A DNA stretch of 45,893 bases, counting the filler, from Catajapyx aquilonaris (lineage: Eukaryota), in the NCBI GenBank assembly GCA_000934665.2. It is 2 parts of 2 records of this genome, joined end to end, with 100 filler letters (N's around TTAATTAATTAA, not from the genome) between each part and the next. Parts side by side here need not be neighbours in the genome. Positions count along the whole stretch, not along the records: positions 1 to 23,031 come from JYFJ02005831.1; 1 more part is not named here. The stretch is one strand, 5' to 3'. The notes beneath the pieces are model-generated. The model ran no database searches. It was given only the letters and a program-made list of their open reading frames with translations, and had not been told where the DNA came from. Positions 1 to 10,539 of this stretch are shown in pieces (the stretch's first letter is position 1; every line of letters begins with the position of its first letter). Position numbers and translations under genes: made by a program.

Positions 1-64
1 CCAGCTCCGTCTCCAGGAAGGTCAGGGGCTGCGAGGCGCTAGGCCCGTACGCCTCCACGCTCAT
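1..64 (-). CDS. Upf1: Regulator of nonsense transcripts 1 (UPF1 RNA helicase), start of first coding exon; gene runs off the window
   Basis: Minus-strand translation from ATG at 64 gives MSVEAYGPSASQPLTFLETEL, matching the conserved metazoan UPF1 N-terminus (MSVEAYGPSSQTLTFLDTE). Too short for the ORF track. Confidence 0.9.
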   Translation of the reverse strand, partial: MSVEAYGPSASQPLTFLETEL

Positions 65-967
65 TCTCTTGGCTGGGTTGGGGTGCTTGCCGAACAGAAC
101 GAAGAAGAAGAAGCCGGGAGAAGAAGAAGGGGGAAAAAAAAGTCTTATCTATAATAATTTAAAAAAAAAAAACTGCGGTGTTCGATTAATAACGACTTCT
201 TGTTCGGTATTGAGGTGACGCCATCTTGTTTTTTTTAGAACGGGGGGAGGAGGGGGGAGGGGGAANCGATTGCAGCATAGCAGCTTCCGGTTGCTAACAG
301 CTACAACCCCCGAACACAGCACATTCGGCACACATTTTGGTGCGAATTAGACAGCGAAATTGTCCCTCACACGTCTAAGTGCGCATCACGGTGTAATTCT
401 ATCGCTATTATTGGCAGCAATTGTGCCTCTAATTTGCTGCAGAAGCAGGTAGCTAATAACTAGCTAACGGCTATTAGCTAGTAGTGTTCCTGGGAATAGC
501 CGCTGTTACGTCACACCGAACATGAAACGTCACAAAATGTTTGCGCAATTGGTCGTAATAATGAGCTGTCATTTAACGTGACATTACCATTTTTTATACA
601 TTGTGTGCTCCAATAAAAAACATGGTTTAAGTCTGTTTCAAATATTGAGCAATTGCGTGGTAATTATGGGGTTGCGTCTGAATATGCGGATTGTGACGTC
701 ACGTACAAGTTGGCGCGCGATTTGAAATTAAATTCAATTATCATATTACTTGATTAGGGATTAAAACCTCATTACAGATGATGTTCGGCTGTTATTGCAT
801 CTTTCCATTTTAGTAGCAACAAAGGTCATTCTTACACTCAGTTTATTGGATGATCGGTGGATGTCCGTCGGATGTTCGCTGGATGTTAGTCGACAACTCG
901 GGAGTATATGGTAATCAAAAAAAGTGGAAATAACTGCAGAGGTCATCCTTACACTCTGTTTATTGAA

Positions 968-1205
968 TGTTCGGTGGATGTTCGTCAAATGTCCATCGGA
1001 TGTTCGGTGGATGTTCATCACGTGCCCATCGGATGTTCAGTGGATGTTCGTCACATGTCCATCGGATGTTCGGTGGATGTTCGTCAAATGTCCATCGGAT
1101 GTTCGGTGGATGTTCATCACATGTCCATCGGATGTTCGGTGGATGTTCGTCAAATGTCCATCGGATGTTCGGTGGATGTTCATCACATGTCCATCGGATG
1201 TTCGT
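968..1205. repeat. 33-bp minisatellite, about 7 copies, built from three related 11-bp subunits
   Basis: Unit TGTTCGGTGGATGTTCGTCAAATGTCCATCGGA with alternating CGTCAAA/CATCACA variants; appears as 11-aa repeats in all frames. A degenerate copy lies at ~850-890. Confidence 0.95.
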
Positions 1206-1814
1206 TGACAAATCATAGTAACTGACATCAAAAAAGTGGAAATAACACACTGTACACTCTTTTGACTTAATGTCATTTATTCAAAACCCCGTCTCAAGTC
1301 CTCCCATATTGTCAACATCTTGTCCCACTATCTTACGAGGCAAGTTACAAAGGACTGTTTGGACCCGGCTGTTCATGCACAGCCTCGACATTTTGTAGCA
1401 TGATTGCAAAAAATTATTATCTCTGTTTATCCATATGACATCGTGTCATGATCTGTTATGCACATGCCGTGTGGTCTTTTGCCTTACCTTAATCGGTAGG
1501 ACTTCTTCACTTAAAAGATAAAACATTTTTTTTTCTTTTGAATAAATTACAAAAAAATCAGTCTTGCCTTCTACCGGTCGGCCAACATGTATTCCCCTCC
1601 CCCCTCTCTTTTTTTATTCCTTAGCCGGTGAAGGTGAAGAGCTCAAGTGTTACTGTGAAAATATCATGATTAGGATGCTATTCACACTTTACAAAAATGA
1701 TTCAACAAACAAACAAACAAAAAAGTGTCATCCTTTCAAAGTTGAGCGCAATATGGCACGTAACCCGCTGAATAGTTTGGAAACTGTGTCAACTTTTCAT
1801 CCGTGTTCATCCGC

Positions 1815-4133
1815 TCAGTTGCGACGATACCCGCGACCTGTGAACAATTGGTTATCCGTAAGTCGTTAGAGAATATATGCTAAAAGTCGGGAGAGAACCT
1901 GCCAAAAATACTGACCAACAGATGAGGATAAGCTGCTGTGGCTTTCATCATCGTCGAAGTTGCTTGGCGTCGGTTGATCCGAACCGAAGTCTCGAAAACC
2001 CCCGACAGGTCGTGACCCTCTGCCTTGGTTGCCCAAAAAGGCAGTGGCACCACGACCCATCGCACGTGGAGCCGGGGCTCGAGCTGGACCCGGTGCTATA
2101 ACGAAGCTCATTTTTACATACAAGCATGAGAATTATTAACACCGTCGAACGCCATACTAACCTCCAAGAGGGGGGAAGTTATCTTCCGTCAGGTTATCTT
2201 CAGGGCAAGATTGACCTCTCCCACGGAACATACCCCATCCAGGCAGAGGCACATTTGGAGCGTGATACGCACCGCGAATAGGCTGCGGCGGTACCTGGAT
2301 ACAACAGAAAATTAGGTGACGGGCTAATGTAATGTCGAAGCAGCATTACCTGAGGTGGAGTGAAGCCGCAAGCGCCCATAGGCGGATCAGGTACGTGGTT
2401 ACGAGCCGGAGGAATTGCCTGAAACTGAACATGAAATGTGATATCATGATGATTTCGCAATTATTTCCGATACTCACATTCGTCACCTGCATTTTTCCAA
2501 ACTGTCCGTTCATCTTGTCTTCGTTGCTCTGGTTCCCTTTTCGGCGGCCGCCTTGATGCGACTGTGTCGATACTTTCTGCCAGGTGTCTTTCTCCGGTTC
2601 GTCCTCGCTACTGCTGGATTCCTTCCGCGTGCTGCTGTGGTTGTTGACGTCCTCCCGTCTCCTGCAAACCATGGCGTTGGTACGGGCGTCCACCATAAGA
2701 ACTAGGTTGGGCGGAAGTGGAACGTGCTTTCCCTCGATAGGATCGATGCCCTGGTTTATGCAGGTGTACTCTGCCATAATGAAGGCCCAACGCTGGACGA
2801 CGGCCAAAGAACAGGTCAGCACACGGTCCTCGCTGTTGTCGTTATGCCACTGTGGGAAGACAATCGTTACATAACAGTTACTGATGACATTTACTACCAG
2901 TTACCTTGCAACCAGTGCCCTCTGCAAACTCAAACTTGGTCGACTTCATCAACACTTCAGCAACGTCAGACAACTTGAACGTCCTGTCCTCATTTGGGGC
3001 AGTAGCATTGTTCAACATTAAGAAGAGCTTCTCCAGCTTGTAGACCCGGAATAGCTCCATGTCATGCTCAAACTCTGGCGCGAGATTCAGCATGTACTCC
3101 AGACCGTTCTCGACTGTCTCCAGTTCATCAGCTACGGTGAACAGTGGGTCGAAGAAACCTTGGATTCCCCGATGCTTGTCCGGATAATCCTGCAATGACA
3201 GCAACATTGTACGCAGGACGATACAGAGGAAAGGTCGACACTTACAGCCTGCATGTGCCGCTTGATCTGGTTCAGAATACGGGGGATATCCGGTTCCGCT
3301 TCTTCAAACGCAGGGAGCGGTATCCCATGCACGTTATCCCTTTCCACCACGGAATGATGCCTGTATCCCGCGGGAATTCCGGGAACACCAACGAACACCT
3401 GGTAGTGATTCTTTATCCCATCCCGAATAGTGAACTCCACAATCCCAATTTCTGCAGGGACTATCTCGTGTCCTTCCAACTTGCAATATTTGTTGATATG
3501 GATTAGGACAAACTTCCGCTTCAACAGTTCCTGCAATCCCAATTTATTAAGACGACTGTAAAAAAAGGTTATGATCCGATTTAAACGTACCTGCAACGAG
3601 CAGGAGGTGACCATCTCCTCGGTTTCCCTCTCCATCGTGTTGACTTTATCAGTCGCTTCCTGCGCCTCAGCCTCATGCTGACTCAACAGTATCCCCGAAC
3701 TAGTGCATATTCCGCCAGCCGCATCCTTCTCGCCCTGCTTCATGTCCTTTGCACGGTTGTTGAATTCCGCCTTCCTCTGCTGGCTAAGATCTTGCCACAG
3801 CGGCGAACAAATGTTGGACAACTCGGCCAAGCTCTCTGTGAAGCGTTTAAAAAAAAAACATTTGATAAGTAACTCTTCGTACTCGACACGACTTTTAACA
3901 AGTGCGTACACCCGTTACAAGTTCCCTATTTCCAACGGTCTTAATTTTTTATTCTCCATTGTTCATTTATTCTTAATTAATTTTAAACCTCAGGCCTAGT
4001 TCTTTTGTTTTAAGGTTTTGTTCCTATTATACTAACTGTTCGGAGCCCTCTGCTTCTGGTAGTCCAGCATGAACAGGTAGTATCCATTGGGCTTGGACTT
4101 GCTGTTGTTATTCTTCTTCTTCTTTGGACCCAT
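1815..4133 (-). CDS. mael: Maelstrom (HMG box + MAEL RNase H-like domain), piRNA pathway; 9 exons, ~562 aa
   Basis: Exons 4133-4037, 3835-3591, 3530-3246, 3189-2905, 2849-2478, 2418-2350, 2294-2162, 2095-1916, 1837-1815; all GT-AG with compatible phases. N-terminus MGPKKKKNNNSKSKPNGYYLFMLDYQ...SPLWQDLSQQRKAEF is HMG-like. MAEL motifs FVLIHINKYC, PAEIGIVEF, PAGYR, HGIP, GCKWH and CSLAVVQRWAF supply the ECHC residues. Minus-strand AATAAA at 1618-1613. The last four exons are less certain. Confidence 0.93.
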
Positions 4134-5047
4134 GGCTCCTGTTTCCTGAGGGAGAGTCCTTCAAAAGCGTGTCTGGAATATTCGGCAGGTCCCCCAAATG
4201 GTGGCTACGCCCTTCTTGTCCAGCAGGTTCCAGGGTGGCCAACTGCTGCCAACCGTTGCCAACAGCAAAAGTAGCTGCTTTGGGGGCCATATTAGCTATA
4301 GCCCCTGGATGCACGTTAATACGTGCACACGGTGCACGTCCTGCAATGCACGGTCTGCTGGTGCTGTAAATCATCCAAAGCATGGTGTGCGAACAATGGG
4401 TAGGGCAACAATCGGTCTGCGGCTACTGTACTTAATGTATGTTCTAAACTAATATGGTAAGCTGCTATAACAGCGTTGGCAAAGTCAGCCATAGAGGAAT
4501 GAGCATACCGACGCTTCTCATATAGTTGAGCTTCCCGCCGCTTGGAGGCAGACACCAGCGCCCTAATGATTGCCTACAAGTTATATTGGTGTCAGGCGGC
4601 GGAACTAAATGGCCGGGCACACACACTTATTGCTCAAATGCGTGTTATTACTCTATGGAAAAGTGCGCAGCACATGCTTTTTTTTGGGTCGCACTTTCAC
4701 TTTTATTAACAAAGAGATAAGGCTTATCAATGTTCCGGAAATAGTTGGAAGATAGCGGGTGTTGAAGGCTTAGCGACATTCGGTCTTTGCAAGGAATGAA
4801 TGAGCTGTAATGAAGAAAAAAAAAACACAGGATGTAAAATGAATCGTAAATTTTACTAATTATCAAGAAACACGTGGTGCATTTCAATGTGAAGAAAATA
4901 TGTTCAAATTTAGCTAATGGACATTTTAGGTTTAATAATTATGTTTCATATCAGATAAACACGACTCACTAAAAAATTCGAAAGATAAAAAAATCATTTG
5001 TGGCAATTTAACTAATTAATTTAAACTTGATATACAATATTGTAAAT

Positions 5048-5104
5048 AATAATATTTATTACTTTTTGCATACAAACCGTATGCAAAAAGTAATAAATAT
5101 TATT
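5048..5104. repeat. Perfect AT-rich inverted repeat (26-bp arms, 5-nt loop)
   Basis: AATAATATTTATTACTTTTTGCATAC-aaacc-GTATGCAAAAAGTAATAAATATTATT. Confidence 0.9.
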
Positions 5105-5427
5105 TTGAGAACCCTTTTGTTGCTAAAACAATCGTCCCTTAGCAACGTAGCATATAAGAACCCAAAATAGAATTCCCTCAAGCACAACCTATCACCATCT
5201 GGCACAAAAAAAAAAAAAAAATCCCCGGAGACAACTACTTCCAGGCTGGTCGAAGGTCACAAGCCGGGGTCAGGCTACAGGTCAGAAGTAGTCCAGCCAA
5301 ATTGGGACCACAAACACAGCCGTAGTGATGGCAGCAGTGACTGCTGGTGGCCAGTCACTCACCAATGCAGGTGTGAAAACAGTTCGAACATATATGAATT
5401 ATTCCTATATACTCTATGGTTTGTGTA

Positions 5428-5514
5428 TTTGGCTATAACAGACCTTGGTTATAACAGATTTCTAACCGATTTTCGCGATTTTCCCTTGAAGTCTGTTATA
5501 TCCGGATTCAACTG
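5428..5514. mobile_element. Solo right end of a pogo/Tigger-like MITE
   Basis: Ends ...GTCTGTTATATCCGGATTCAACTG-TA with repeated TATAAC subterminal motifs, similar to the element at 25204-25675. Confidence 0.5.
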
Positions 5515-5641
5515 TAGTAACTCATGTAACGTGTGACTTTTCACCCCATATTTTTAAAATGGGACTAGATTAACCTTTCATATATAATAATGCATTAGGA
5601 AGTAATTTATCTTGTTGCTTTTCACAGTTGATTCGCAGAAT

Positions 5642-6664
5642 ATGACTACCAAACGGCAACTCACCATAGCAGCAGATGTGAAGCCATTTCGTTTGGAATG
5701 GACCATCGAAAACTACAGGCTCAGCGAATTACCGCGTAAAACAATTCTGAAATCCAATCTTCATAGCATCAGTGGATTGCCCTCTACAACAAAATGGCAG
5801 CTACTGCTTTATACAATCTACGACGATCGTTACGATGGTCACGTCTCTATTTACCTCAATTGCCTTTGTCATGAATATGGTGTCCAATATCCTATCACCT
5901 TTTCTTTCACCATTAAGAGTGCCAATAACGAAAATGACTACACTGTGGCCTTTAAAACCATCACCATATTTTCCAAGAAAATGACGAAGTCACTTTTAGG
6001 TGCTCCTAAATTCATTAGAATCAGAACCTTGGAAGCGAGAGCTTCCGACCTTCTTCCAAATGATACGCTGACTTTGATATGCAAGGGTGAGGTCATGATG
6101 TGTATGGAAAGGAACATGACACCTGAAGTTCGTGGCTATGGACTGCTGGAGGATATGAAGTGCATGGTGGAGTCTCAGGTTGGCAGGGATGTAACTCTGG
6201 TGGCTAGTGACGGATCAGAACATCCAGTCCACAAGTTCATTCTGTGTGCTAGAAGCCCTGTATTTGCAGCCATGTTTCGTCACGATACTGAGGAAAAGGA
6301 GACAGGCAGGGTTGTCATAAAGGACATGCAGCCAGATGTCCTGAGAGGCCTCATTAGTTTCATGTGCACAGATGAAGCCCCTGCTGATGTGACTGAGCTG
6401 GCCATGGATTTGCTGATTGCATCTAATAAGTATGAGATACCACGTCTTCAGTTTATGATGGAGAAGCATATTAGCAACACTTTGACGGTTGAAAATGCAA
6501 TTAACGTTTTGAGTCACACCATCTACTTTTACTTGCCAACTCTGAAGGATGCATGCTTGCTGTTCATCCGGTCCAATGCAAAGTCGGTGAGAGAGAGTCA
6601 GACTTGGAAGAAATGCACTGATGTTGATGTCTTTAGGGTTCTTACAGAATTTTTGGATAAATAA
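5642..6664 (+). CDS. MATH-BTB protein (SPOP/roadkill-like Cullin-3 adaptor), intronless CDS, ~340 aa
   Basis: MATH: FRLEWTIENY...KWQLLLY...HVSIYL...G.PKFI...LLPNDTLTLIC. BTB: DVTLV...HPVHKFILCARSPVFAAMF. BACK-like tail LTVENAINVL...LKDACLLFI. First ATG at 5642 follows a splice acceptor (TTTTCACAG, 5627); AATAAA at 6676-6681. Confidence 0.92.
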   Translation: MTTKRQLTIAADVKPFRLEWTIENYRLSELPRKTILKSNLHSISGLPSTTKWQLLLYTIYDDRYDGHVSIYLNCLCHEYGVQYPITFSFTIKSANNENDYTVAFKTITIFSKKMTKSLLGAPKFIRIRTLEARASDLLPNDTLTLICKGEVMMCMERNMTPEVRGYGLLEDMKCMVESQVGRDVTLVASDGSEHPVHKFILCARSPVFAAMFRHDTEEKETGRVVIKDMQPDVLRGLISFMCTDEAPADVTELAMDLLIASNKYEIPRLQFMMEKHISNTLTVENAINVLSHTIYFYLPTLKDACLLFIRSNAKSVRESQTWKKCTDVDVFRVLTEFLDK

Positions 6665-7086
6665 TATACAATTTGAATAAATTATTGAGCTGACCGTATG
6701 TGCAGTTACTTTTTTTTAAATCTGGATTACTAATAGGAATTGAATCGATTACATAGTAATACGTTGCTGTTCACATTAGGTGGGTTATCACATAACTCCC
6801 AGTCGCATATAGCCTGTATTCATGTAGTGAGACTTGTGCTTGGTCCTTATTCGCGTCATCAATAAACATCGATGGCACATGCCCGAGTTCTTCCATTTGA
6901 CAGGCTTTTAAGCCAGCCTGTGGAAGTGTATAACACGAGATATATGGCCGATAAGTCAATCAACAGGTCACCTACTCTTCGATCGCTTCAAATCATTACA
7001 CCTACAGTTACAACTCAGGTAGAAGAACTTAGAACACAGAAGGTGTTACTTGGAGGAAATCAGTCTTGGCCAGTTGATCGGAAGAT

Positions 7087-8916
7087 ATGCTCTGCAAAAC
7101 TCCGTTACACACATACTTGCTTTTGTGGACAACTTTTTCAAGAGTGATAGTGAATGCCAAATACGACGATGAAAGTGAAGAGACACTTTTGGCAAAAGTG
7201 GTGTCCAGGATGAGCCAGGAGAACACTCGACTGGTCAACTGCACCTTGGCCATCCTGCACGATGGACGAGTACTGGACAATGGTCTGGAGAAACTAATCA
7301 CTAGTGTGGACGTCCCAGTGGTGGTTGCTTCACTGGAGGAGAATCCGAAGAGTGTGGACGAAAGTGAATTGGTGATCCAGCAATCGGGGCAGTGCTTCTT
7401 CATTCTTGTTCACTCCAAATACGAAAATTCTCTTCCGTTACTTCGCCAATTGTTTAAGTCACTGAGAAAGTGGAAAATAACTCGCGACTATATCGTTTTC
7501 CACATAAGTGACGGGTATCTTCATGAAACATTAGAATGGGAATCTCCACATTACAAGTACAGAGTGGGTATGGACAATTTGAAGATGGAAAATGGCAACC
7601 TCATATTTCGGTTACTGTCACCATGCTACTTCTGCCAGGAAGGAAACTATTCCGTCGATGAATCACGTAATGTCACCTCATTTGAAAACTTGTTTACTGA
7701 CAACACAGTCGACTTTCGTGGTAGAGCCATTCACGTCGGTAATTCCAATTATGACTTAAACACCTACTTGGAACAATACCTGCATTATGCAAGTGAAGAA
7801 AGCCAGAAAAGCAAGAATGACATGTATGGCAACTACCAAAATGGGGCCATACAGGCAAACTTTATAAGTTTTCCCCACCCTTATCGAATGGACGGCATGA
7901 TGCTGGTGACAAAAAGACACCCACCAACCATGGCTTGGGCAGTGCTTCTCGTTCCCTTCACCTGGCAGGTGATTTTGCCATTCATCACTGTGATAGTGGT
8001 CATGACCGTAATATTATCCCATTTCTTGAAAGATGGCCAGATCAATTTTGTCACCATTCTTGCCCTTAAGGTGACACCACCAATTTGGAGCCAGCCTATC
8101 AAAGTGAAAGACTTGAAACCTGCTGCGACCTGGATATTCTGCATGTATTCCTTCTTCTGTGTTGTTATTTGCAACTTTTTCACTTCAAACATGGTCGGAC
8201 TCCTCCTGGACAAGCCTGCGAGAAACGTGAATTATCTGAAGGATCTTGTGGACATGGGATACAAATGGGGTGGCAGCAAACACGACATATTTTACTTCGA
8301 TGAATTTGTCAATGTCACTGAGATTGAAGTGGAAAAAGTGATCGCTAACGGGATTGAATATTACGACATTAATAACTATTTAGATTTCATGGAAGTATGT
8401 ATTGAGAGAGTACTGGCAGAGAAATTTGCTTGCTTTGTGCAAGAAGCACCAATGAAAGGCTCCCTGGATAGTGATAACAGACTTCACCTAGATCAAATTC
8501 ACGTTGTTAGAAGTGAACTACCGCTAATGTACGCAGGAGTATTAACGAATGTGCCATACTCGGTGACATACGAGTCTCTGCAAAAGGGTGTGATGAGATA
8601 CGTAGATTGTGCAATTTTTCATTACGACACTTACGTAAGAAAAAAGAGAGCACAAGAACTCTTGGAGATGGTTTGGTTCAGAAAAGGAAAGACAGCATCC
8701 AATGACAATTCTCCAAAAGCTCTTGAGCTGTGTCATTTGAAATCGCCTTTTTCAGCATTGTGTTTCGGATTTTGCATATCTCTAGCTTGTCTCTGGTGTG
8801 AAATCGCAATTAAACGATGGAAGCCAACTCGACCTAATCTGAACAAATATAACTCTTCTGCGACTATAATACAAGCTGTACCTAATCCCGAAACAAACCT
8901 TATTTTCACACTCTAA
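7087..8916 (+). CDS. Divergent ionotropic receptor (IR, iGluR-related chemoreceptor), family A, intronless, 609 aa
   Basis: Signal peptide; CYFC...LF.D...DFRGR before S1; M1 PFTWQV; M3 WIFCMYSFFCVVICNFFTSNMVGLL; S2 with C...EKFACF; ALELCHLKSPF before M4. This is the typical IR architecture. Confidence 0.88.
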   Translation: MLCKTPLHTYLLLWTTFSRVIVNAKYDDESEETLLAKVVSRMSQENTRLVNCTLAILHDGRVLDNGLEKLITSVDVPVVVASLEENPKSVDESELVIQQSGQCFFILVHSKYENSLPLLRQLFKSLRKWKITRDYIVFHISDGYLHETLEWESPHYKYRVGMDNLKMENGNLIFRLLSPCYFCQEGNYSVDESRNVTSFENLFTDNTVDFRGRAIHVGNSNYDLNTYLEQYLHYASEESQKSKNDMYGNYQNGAIQANFISFPHPYRMDGMMLVTKRHPPTMAWAVLLVPFTWQVILPFITVIVVMTVILSHFLKDGQINFVTILALKVTPPIWSQPIKVKDLKPAATWIFCMYSFFCVVICNFFTSNMVGLLLDKPARNVNYLKDLVDMGYKWGGSKHDIFYFDEFVNVTEIEVEKVIANGIEYYDINNYLDFMEVCIERVLAEKFACFVQEAPMKGSLDSDNRLHLDQIHVVRSELPLMYAGVLTNVPYSVTYESLQKGVMRYVDCAIFHYDTYVRKKRAQELLEMVWFRKGKTASNDNSPKALELCHLKSPFSALCFGFCISLACLWCEIAIKRWKPTRPNLNKYNSSATIIQAVPNPETNLIFTL

Positions 8917-9387
8917 TGTGTTATTAAATAGAAAGATTAGGTAATTCCGCTCACCAGCAGATATTTTTACAAGCATTTTATTTTAATCGCTCATTTTGAA
9001 GACGACCCAGTGGGGTAAATAACCATCATTATCAATACATGTCACTCCACATCATCAGCATATCAATAAACCGTTTCCAACAAGCAACATCGTGTCTATC
9101 AATTTCATCTGGCAGGCTTTCAAGATGGTGCAGATATTGACATCAAAGCTTCATCTGAAATGTCTTCATATACTTTGTTGACAGGTTACAGATACATGCC
9201 ATCACTTTGCAGTAGTCTATTTATGAACACTGAATTCCATCCAAATTACATGATGGCTGTGTCATGTAATTATTGATGAGCATTGCCAAAACCACCCAGC
9301 ACAATTGCACAACAATGGTCGTTACGGTTATGATGAGTAAACAAGCTCAGGAAAAATTCAGTTTGGAACTTCTCGGTGTTCTTTCAG

Positions 9388-10219
9388 GAAACATTTACGT
9401 TTGATAAGGCTAATTCTGGTTCCTATCTCCTGTACGTCATGTCCGACGAGCCGAGTGAGCAGAAAGGTGATGGTGACATCCATCCATTCTCATTGACCGA
9501 TGGAGAGGAAGTGATGATGTGCTCAAACAACCAATCGCACATGATCCTACAAGCCAAGCTAGAAACGTATATGATGAGGTCTCGGCGTCTTCTCCAGAAA
9601 TCAGGTCTGACTGCAAGTGTCTTCAGCAGTTCCCACCACGAGACACAGGACCAGAATACGACCAAAAAGTGTCCTGATGAAGATGAGGAATGTTGGGATG
9701 AGCTCGAGGAAGGAACGTACAAGAAGCTGGAAACAGACCATCTCCTGATGTAAGTTAATATCTGCATATTGATTTATTGGAAAAAACAGACCACTTAGGA
9801 CATTTAAAGAGCTGTAGATGAACTGACCGCACAATGACATGTACTTGCAGCAGCGTGCCACGACCAGCATTGTCGACGTCTGAGAGGAAGAAGTACCGCC
9901 AGAACATGTTACCTATCTATAAACAGCACCGGTACAGTATCCTCAGGTACCTAGAAACAAATGATATGTACATAATAATTGTTATACAATGCTCTTATGT
10001 CTCTCCAGGCAGGGTTTCGGGGAGAAACTGTCCCCATCATCTGTTGGTGGTGGTGAAGACACAGTAGGACATGATACTGCTGCTGCTGGTGCTGCTGATG
10101 ATCACGACGATATAAACGGGATAGAAGTTATGATTGGAAATCTGACCATCTCCCAGAATACTCAGGACCATGATGCTGATGACGAGGAACCGAAACTGAA
10201 GCCATTTTTTTTAAACTAG
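9388..10219 (+). CDS. Unknown spliced gene, last three exons (5' end unresolved), acidic and low-complexity product
   Basis: Exons 9388-9749, 9851-9946, 10009-10219 join through two phase-2 GT-AG introns into one frame (...YKKLETDHLLISVPRPALSTSERKKYRQNMLPIYKQHRYSILRQGFGEK...); AATAAA at 10315-10320. Confidence 0.6.
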
Positions 10220-10539
10220 TGTTTACCATGGAATTCTCGAGGATTTTGAAAGTTTTTAAATCCAAACCTCCTCATAATATTTGTGTGTGGTATATAACCA
10301 TTTATGATAATTATAATAAAGGTCATGTTTTGTTCACAATTCTAGATTAAATAATAAAAAAACATGACAATGACAAAACCCGGTTTTGACATTATCTGTT
10401 GTCATTGTTTCTATTGTGACATCAAACATTCTCTGCCATGATTACAATGAATGGCTCAGTTGTTTGATGATATTAGCAACACAAAATCATTCTTGAAAAT
10501 ATTTTATTCCATTTTTTCCCTGCGGATTTCACATGGACA

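Noticed and set aside
908..1276. Overlapping repetitive ORFs or a CRISPR-like array
   Set aside because: Head-to-tail minisatellite with no unique spacers and no cas genes; the ORFs arise because the unit lacks stop codons.
3132..3911. 259-aa ORF as a standalone protein
   Set aside because: It is mael exons 2-3 read through an in-frame 60-nt intron plus flanking intron sequence.
5612..5641. TTG start for the MATH-BTB ORF
   Set aside because: The region is a polypyrimidine tract and splice acceptor; the ATG at 5642 is more plausible in a eukaryote.
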